From Spirochaetia bacterium (GTDB lineage Bacteria > Spirochaetota > Spirochaetia > SZUA-6 > Bin103): a stretch of DNA of 64,000 nt. The position numbers and the translations under genes were made by a program. This document shows positions 58,595 to 64,000 of the stretch, in pieces (positions within the stretch are counted from its first letter, which is position 1; each line of letters opens with the position of its first letter). Location of the stretch: assembly GCA_965203055.1 (NCBI GenBank), contig OZ241863.1, forward strand, positions 2,016,001 to 2,080,000. The letters are read 5' to 3'. The notes beneath the pieces are model-generated. The model searched no databases. It saw only the letters and a list, made by a program, of their open reading frames with translations, and was not told the DNA's origin.

Positions 58595-59590
58595 ATGACT
58601 GCCTACATCATCAGACGGCTCACTCTGATCATCCCCACCCTGTTCATCGTCTCGCTGCTGGCGTTCTTCTTGATTCGCTGGATTCCCGGCGACGTCATCG
58701 ACCTGATGGTCGCAATCATGCAGCAGTACGTGTACACCGGCAGCACCTCGGTGCTCGCCACCGGCGACGAGGTTGTGTCGGAACTGGCGCAGACACTGCG
58801 CGAACAGCTTGGACTGGATGTCCCGGCGCACGTTCAGTACGTGCGCTGGCTCGGGGAGTTGTTCCAGGGCAAGTTCGGACAGTCGCTGTGGACCAGGCAG
58901 CCGGTCGGAACGGACCTCCTGTTCCGCCTGCCGGTATCTCTCCAGCTCGGCCTGATGGCGATCATCTTCTCGCTGGTAATTGCGCTGCCGGTGGGCATCG
59001 TTTCCGGGATCCGGCCTGACTCGGGCGTCGACCAGGTTCTCCGTAGCTTTGCCATTCTACTAGTGACCGTTCCCGCCTTCTGGCTGGGCACCATGGTCGT
59101 AGTCTACCCGGCGCTGTGGTGGGGGTGGGCGCCGCCGTTGTTCTTCGTCCGATTCAGTGACGATCCGCTCGGCAACCTGACCCAGATGTTCGTGCCGTCA
59201 CTGATCCAGGGGATGCTGCTGTCGGGAATAACGATGCGCTTCACCCGTACCATGATGCTGGAGGTGCTGCGCCAGGACTTCGTCCGCACCGCGTGGGCGA
59301 AGGGGCTGCGGGAGCGGGTGCTGGTGGTCCGCCACGTCCTCAAGAACGCGACGATTCCGGTGATCACGATGATCGGACTGCAGCTGCCGGTGCTGATTGG
59401 CGGGGCCGTGATCGTGGAGAAGATCTTCAACGTACCGGGCCTCGGGACGCTCATAATCGAGGCGCTCGAGAAACGTGACTACCCCGTCGTCACCGCCGTA
59501 AATCTGCTCATGGCCGGGTTCGTGCTGGTCGTCAACGTCTTGATCGACATCAGCTACGCCTATCTCGACCCGCGGATTCGCTACGACTGA
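58595..59590 (+). CDS. Peptide ABC permease (DppB/OppB-like)
   Basis: YIIRRL, LGLD...QYVRWL, VRTAWAKGL, RHVLKNA, EKIFNVPGLG, LDPRIRY. Confidence 0.94.
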   Translation: MTAYIIRRLTLIIPTLFIVSLLAFFLIRWIPGDVIDLMVAIMQQYVYTGSTSVLATGDEVVSELAQTLREQLGLDVPAHVQYVRWLGELFQGKFGQSLWTRQPVGTDLLFRLPVSLQLGLMAIIFSLVIALPVGIVSGIRPDSGVDQVLRSFAILLVTVPAFWLGTMVVVYPALWWGWAPPLFFVRFSDDPLGNLTQMFVPSLIQGMLLSGITMRFTRTMMLEVLRQDFVRTAWAKGLRERVLVVRHVLKNATIPVITMIGLQLPVLIGGAVIVEKIFNVPGLGTLIIEALEKRDYPVVTAVNLLMAGFVLVVNVLIDISYAYLDPRIRYD

Positions 59591-60537
59591 TGGCTGACCC
59601 CGCGACGACCAGGAAGGCGCCGGCCGCCGCGCAGCCCGGGCGCAAGTCCCTCCTGCGCGACACCCTCTCGCGGCTGTTCAAGGAGAAGAAGCTGGGCGCC
59701 GCCGGCCTGATCATCATGGTGCTGTTCCTGCTGGTCGGCATCTTCGCCGACGTGCTCGCCACCCACGACATGTTCGAGCAGAACGTCCCGCGGCGTCTGG
59801 AGGGGCCATCGTCCGACTATCCCCTGGGCACCGATCAGTTTGGGCGCGACGTGTACAGCCGGGTGGTGCAGGGCGCCCGCATCTCGATGCTGGTCGGCAT
59901 CGCCGCCAGCCTCGTTGCGGTGGCGGTCGCCTCGGTGTGCGGCCTCTTGCTGGGATACTTCGGCGGCGCGGTGGACCTGGTTGCGCAGCGGGTGGTGGAT
60001 GCCGTGCAGGCGTTCCCGTGGCTGTTCCTGATCATCACGGTCATGTCGCTGCTGGGACCGGGCATCCCGCAGGTGATCATCGTCCTCGGCGTACCCTGGG
60101 GCATCGTCAACATCAGGACCGTGCGCAGCGTCGTGCTGAGCGTGAAGGAGACCCCCTACGTGGAGGCGGCGCGGGCGACCGGCGCGAGCACCCTGCGCAT
60201 CCTCGCCCGCCACGTCGCGCCGCAGATCGTGGCGCCGATGATCGTGCTGTTCACCGTTTCGGTCGGCGGCAACATACTCGCCGAGGCGTCGGTGAGCTTC
60301 CTCGGCTTCGGCATACCGCCGCCGCAGCCGAGCTGGGGCAGCATGCTGAGCATAGAGGGCCGCGCCTACATGCTGGAGGCGCCGTTGCTGGCGTTCTGGC
60401 CCGGCCTGTGCCTGGCGATAGTCGTATTCGGCATCAACATGTTCGGCGACGCGTTGCGCGACCTGCTCGACCCCCGGCTGCGCGGCGGCATCGGCCGCTT
60501 CGGAGCGGGCGCCCCGCGGGCGAACCGGCAACGCTGA
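59590..60537 (+). CDS. Peptide ABC permease (DppC/OppC-like)
   Basis: LGTDQFGRD, GARISM, YVEAARATGAS, SFLGFG, WGSML, GDALRDLLDPR. Confidence 0.94.
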   Translation: MADPATTRKAPAAAQPGRKSLLRDTLSRLFKEKKLGAAGLIIMVLFLLVGIFADVLATHDMFEQNVPRRLEGPSSDYPLGTDQFGRDVYSRVVQGARISMLVGIAASLVAVAVASVCGLLLGYFGGAVDLVAQRVVDAVQAFPWLFLIITVMSLLGPGIPQVIIVLGVPWGIVNIRTVRSVVLSVKETPYVEAARATGASTLRILARHVAPQIVAPMIVLFTVSVGGNILAEASVSFLGFGIPPPQPSWGSMLSIEGRAYMLEAPLLAFWPGLCLAIVVFGINMFGDALRDLLDPRLRGGIGRFGAGAPRANRQR

Positions 60538-60608
60538 CGGCGGCCGGCCAGGCCGGGCGCGCTTGACGGAACCGGGCGGTTGGCGCTTAGGTAGGGACGA
60601 GTCAGCCG

Positions 60609-61667
60609 ATGCCAATGACCACCCGCGCCGCCATCCAGATAACCAGCGGCCAGCCGCTCATCATCGATGAGCTGCAGCTTGCCGACCCGCGCCCCGAGCA
60701 GGCGGTCGTCAAGCTGCTCGCCAGCGGGATCTGTCACTCGCAGGTCCACGAACTGCACGACGACCGGGCGCGGCCGACCACCTTCGGCCACGAGGCCACC
60801 GGCGTGGTGATCCGCGCCGGGAGCGAGGTGACGCGGGTACGGGAAGGCGACCAGGTAATCGTCACCTGGGTGCGGCGCCACGCGCTGCCGCGGGGACAGC
60901 AGGAGGACCGCTGGTGCGGCGCCAGCTACCGGGGAAGCCCGATCCCGTGGCCGGTGTTTACCTGGGGCGAACACACCCTGGTGGCGGAGGAATACCTGGT
61001 GCCGATCGCCGCCGGCGAGCCCGCCGACCTGTGCTCCATCATCGGCTGCGCGGTGTTGACCGGCGCCGGCGCGGTGATCCACACCGCGCGGGTGCAGCCG
61101 GGCGAGTCGGTGGCGGTGTTCGGCGCCGGCGGCGTGGGGCTGTCGGCGGTGCGCGCGGCCGCCCTGCGCGGCGCCGACCCGATCATCGCGGTGGACCTGC
61201 GCCCTGCCAAGCTGGCCCTGGCCCGCGAGTTCGGCGCCACCCACACGGTGGACGCCGGCGCCGGCGACCCGGTGGCGGCGATTCTGGAGCTGAGCGGCGG
61301 CGGCGTCGACTACGCGTTCGACGCGATCGGCGTGCGGCAGACCACCGAAACGATCAACGAGGTCACCCGGCCCGGGTCCCCCGGCGCCGCCAACACCGGC
61401 GGCACCGCGATCCTGATCGGGGTGCCCGGCCGGGAGATGACGTTGAACCCGCGCGCCATGCTGTCGGGCCAGCGGAGCTACCGCACCAGTCTCGGCGCGG
61501 CGTATCCCGACCGCGACTTCCCGATCTACCTGCGCTGGTTCCGCGACGGCCTGTTCCCGCTGGAAAAGCTGGTGACCGACCGCTACCGCCTGGAACAGAT
61601 CAACGAGGCGTGCGCGGCGCTGCAGGCGGGCAAGATCATGGGCCGCGCCATCCTGGAGTACGAGTGA
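60609..61667 (+). CDS. Zinc-binding alcohol dehydrogenase (MDR family)
   Basis: GICHS, GHE, GCAVLTG, VFGAGGVG. Confidence 0.92.
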   Translation: MPMTTRAAIQITSGQPLIIDELQLADPRPEQAVVKLLASGICHSQVHELHDDRARPTTFGHEATGVVIRAGSEVTRVREGDQVIVTWVRRHALPRGQQEDRWCGASYRGSPIPWPVFTWGEHTLVAEEYLVPIAAGEPADLCSIIGCAVLTGAGAVIHTARVQPGESVAVFGAGGVGLSAVRAAALRGADPIIAVDLRPAKLALAREFGATHTVDAGAGDPVAAILELSGGGVDYAFDAIGVRQTTETINEVTRPGSPGAANTGGTAILIGVPGREMTLNPRAMLSGQRSYRTSLGAAYPDRDFPIYLRWFRDGLFPLEKLVTDRYRLEQINEACAALQAGKIMGRAILEYE

Positions 61668-61669
61668 CC

Positions 61670-62521
61670 ATGAGCGCCGCGGGCACGCGCCGTCGGCAAC
61701 TGCTGGATGAGGGATTCTGCGTGTTCCCGGGCCTGCTGGACGGCGGCCTGCTGGCGCGCCTGCGGCGGGTGACCGACCGGCTGCTCGACGCCTGCCCGGC
61801 GGAGGAGCGGCAGCGGCGCGGCAACCAGGGCAGCGTGGTCGGCCTCGCCTACCAGGATCGGGCGTTCGCCGAGCTGATCGCCTGGCCGGCCACCTGGGCG
61901 GCGCTGCGCGAGCTGGGCTTCGCGCGGGCGCGCTACTGGAGCGGATCGATCATCGCCAAGGAGCCCCGGTCCACCTCCCTCTACTGGCATCAGGATTGGA
62001 CCTGGTGGGAAGATCCGGTAAGCGCCGAGCCGGCGCCGCACCAGTTGTTTCTGATGTGGTATCTCACCGATACGCGGCCGGAGAACGGCTGCCTGCGGGT
62101 GCTGCCGCAATCGCACCGCCGCCGGATGGCCGCCCATGACCTGATCGGCACCCACGACGACGGCATCCGCCACCTCGACCCGGCCACCGCGCCCGGCTAC
62201 CGGACGCTGCCCGGAGAAATCGACGTGGCGGTGACCGCGGGCGACTTGGTGATCGGCGATTCGCGGGTATTGCACGCCGCGCATGCCAACGCCACCGGGC
62301 GCCGGCGAACCGTGATCACGATGTGGTACCTGCCGCGCTACGACGAGCTGAGCGAACCGTTGCGCGCCTCCTATCAGGAACGGATGGCTCCGCCGCCGGC
62401 CTCGCTGCCGGCCGCGGAGCTGGCGCTGGTGCAGCCGCTGCTGCCCGACTACCGCGGCAGCGCCGCGCCGGCGCGGCACACCTACGTACCGACCGACTAC
62501 CTGCGGCGCGGCGCCTCTTGA
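61670..62521 (+). CDS. Phytanoyl-CoA dioxygenase (PhyH) family protein
   Basis: WHQD, ENGCLRVLPQSH, AGD...LHAAHAN...RR Fe(II)/2-oxoglutarate motifs. Confidence 0.92.
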   Translation: MSAAGTRRRQLLDEGFCVFPGLLDGGLLARLRRVTDRLLDACPAEERQRRGNQGSVVGLAYQDRAFAELIAWPATWAALRELGFARARYWSGSIIAKEPRSTSLYWHQDWTWWEDPVSAEPAPHQLFLMWYLTDTRPENGCLRVLPQSHRRRMAAHDLIGTHDDGIRHLDPATAPGYRTLPGEIDVAVTAGDLVIGDSRVLHAAHANATGRRRTVITMWYLPRYDELSEPLRASYQERMAPPPASLPAAELALVQPLLPDYRGSAAPARHTYVPTDYLRRGAS

Positions 62522-62666
62522 CGTCCCCGTGACCGCGCCGAGGCAGAGTTGCCGGCCAGCCGACGGGCGGTTGACGGCGGTTGACACGGCCGGGGCGCCG
62601 TGTTGTCCTGTGGAGCATCAGTCGTGGCAGTCCGTATCGGAACTGCCCATTTGGAGGGTAGGTAGC

Positions 62667-64000
62667 GTGACTATCTGCAATGTAAAGATAAAGACAGTAC
62701 TCGCCGCGGCCGCGGCCGCGTTGCTGGCAGCAACCGGCGCCTGGGCCACCGGAGAGGAGGAAGGGTCCTCCGGGGCGGCCATGATGTCGCCCTCGGACAT
62801 CGACACCGTTCCCGTCTACGGCGGCAACCTCACCACCGCCGACAACACCTGGTCGAGCGTCTGGGACCCGACGGTGCTCCAACACGGCATCCAGGTGGTG
62901 CCGGCGATCTACGATCAGTTGTTCGAGTACGACATCACCCAGGGGCCTCGGGGCACCGGCGAGTGGGGGTTGAACGACTTCAACTGGCAGAATCCAAACG
63001 TGATCAGGTTCCAGGTGATCGAGTCCAACACGGTACTGAGCCCGACCCGGTTGCGGTGGAAGATTCGCCGGGGCATCCACTACCACGACCGGCCGCCGGC
63101 CAACGGCAGAGAGATGACCGTGGAAGACGTTCTCGTCACCTGGGACGAGGTCACCGCGGAGCCAAGATCCGGCCTGATGTTCAAGGGCGACGAGATCATC
63201 AAGATGACCGCCGATCCGAACGACCCCTGGGCGATCAACGTCGAACTGGCGGCGCCCGACAGCCTGGGTCAGTGGGTCTATCTCACCAGCGCCCTGAACG
63301 GCGTTCTGCCGGCCGAGTGGTGGAGGGATGACTCCATCAACCGGGAAGACTGGCGCAACCACATGGGATCGGGGCCATTCTGGCCCATCGAAGTCGTCGA
63401 GGGCAGCCACATCACCTACACCAGGAACCCCAACTACTGGATGGACGATCCTCTGAATCCGGGTAACCGGCTGCCGTATCTGGACACCATGCAGATCATC
63501 TCCTTCGCCGACGGCGCAGCGCGGATCGCGGCGCTGCGCAGCGGCAAGCTCGACCGCATGGTGCAAAACGGCCTTACGCCCACGCAGGTAGACGATCTGA
63601 GGCGGAGCAACCCGGAGATACGAACCAACGAGACGTGGGCGCACGGACAGTACGCCGCGGTGCGCGCCGACCTGGCGCCGTGGAACGACATCCGCGTGCG
63701 GCAGGCAGCGATGCTGGCCGTCGACCACGCCGGCCTCGAGGAGTTCTTCACGCCGGAGCACTACCACTACCCCGGGTTCCCCACCAAGCGGTCAGCCGGG
63801 AAGCCCCAGTACCATACCAAGGCGGAGCTGGACCGGGTGCGTCCTGACATCGCCCGGTTGTACGAATACGATCCCGCCGAGGCCGAGCGGCTTCTCGACG
63901 AGGCCGGATACCCGCGCGGCGACGACGGCATCCGTTTCGAGACGAGCTTCATTACGGACCCCGTCTACGAGAATTACGAAGTGTACTTCGGGTACCTCGA
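62667..64000 (+). CDS. Peptide ABC substrate-binding protein (family 5), runs off the window end
   Basis: Absent from the ORF track (no stop). GGAGG at 62653, GTG start, signal ...AATGAWATGEEE, PVYGG, GSGPF, RNPNYW, PWNDIRVRQA, EAGYP. Confidence 0.88.
   Translation, partial: MTICNVKIKTVLAAAAAALLAATGAWATGEEEGSSGAAMMSPSDIDTVPVYGGNLTTADNTWSSVWDPTVLQHGIQVVPAIYDQLFEYDITQGPRGTGEWGLNDFNWQNPNVIRFQVIESNTVLSPTRLRWKIRRGIHYHDRPPANGREMTVEDVLVTWDEVTAEPRSGLMFKGDEIIKMTADPNDPWAINVELAAPDSLGQWVYLTSALNGVLPAEWWRDDSINREDWRNHMGSGPFWPIEVVEGSHITYTRNPNYWMDDPLNPGNRLPYLDTMQIISFADGAARIAALRSGKLDRMVQNGLTPTQVDDLRRSNPEIRTNETWAHGQYAAVRADLAPWNDIRVRQAAMLAVDHAGLEEFFTPEHYHYPGFPTKRSAGKPQYHTKAELDRVRPDIARLYEYDPAEAERLLDEAGYPRGDDGIRFETSFITDPVYENYEVYFGYL

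Overview
Very GC-rich bacterial window with no rRNA, tRNA, CRISPR array, transposase or integrase that I can recognise. It alternates conflict/defence-type blocks with housekeeping and catabolic blocks. (1) 0-14 kb: frameshifted prokaryotic E2 remnant, coupled ATPase + ATPase-TPR pair with a low-GC 129-bp repeat cassette, Uma2 nuclease, ATPase-PD-(D/E)xK protein, truncated antitoxin-peptide/GHKL fusion, and a 1989-aa DEAH helicase-DUF1998-nuclease-S24 peptidase fusion. (2) 14-37 kb: alpha-2-macroglobulin (one frameshift), coiled-coil repeat protein, sugar ABC genes, sulfatase, metallophosphoesterase, a MoxR-DUF58-Bat operon and two epimerases. (3) 37.5-55 kb: ImmA/IrrE-like + AAA_21 + RloB, FGGY kinase, AlbA_2/HATPase + ParA, a tightly coupled HEPN + KGGVGR ParA-like + P-loop ATPase triad, a second ATPase-nuclease paralog, an orphan NHLP RiPP precursor and a DISARM-DrmMI-like/type IIG adenine methyltransferase. 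(4) 55-64 kb: SDR, peptide ABC genes, Zn dehydrogenase, PhyH dioxygenase and a second binding protein. Best candidates for undescribed biology are the HEPN-KGGVGR-ATPase triad, the helicase with a LexA-like autoprotease tail, the ATPase/ATPase-TPR/E2 unit and the orphan NHLP precursor. All family calls come from motif recognition by eye; no searches were run.
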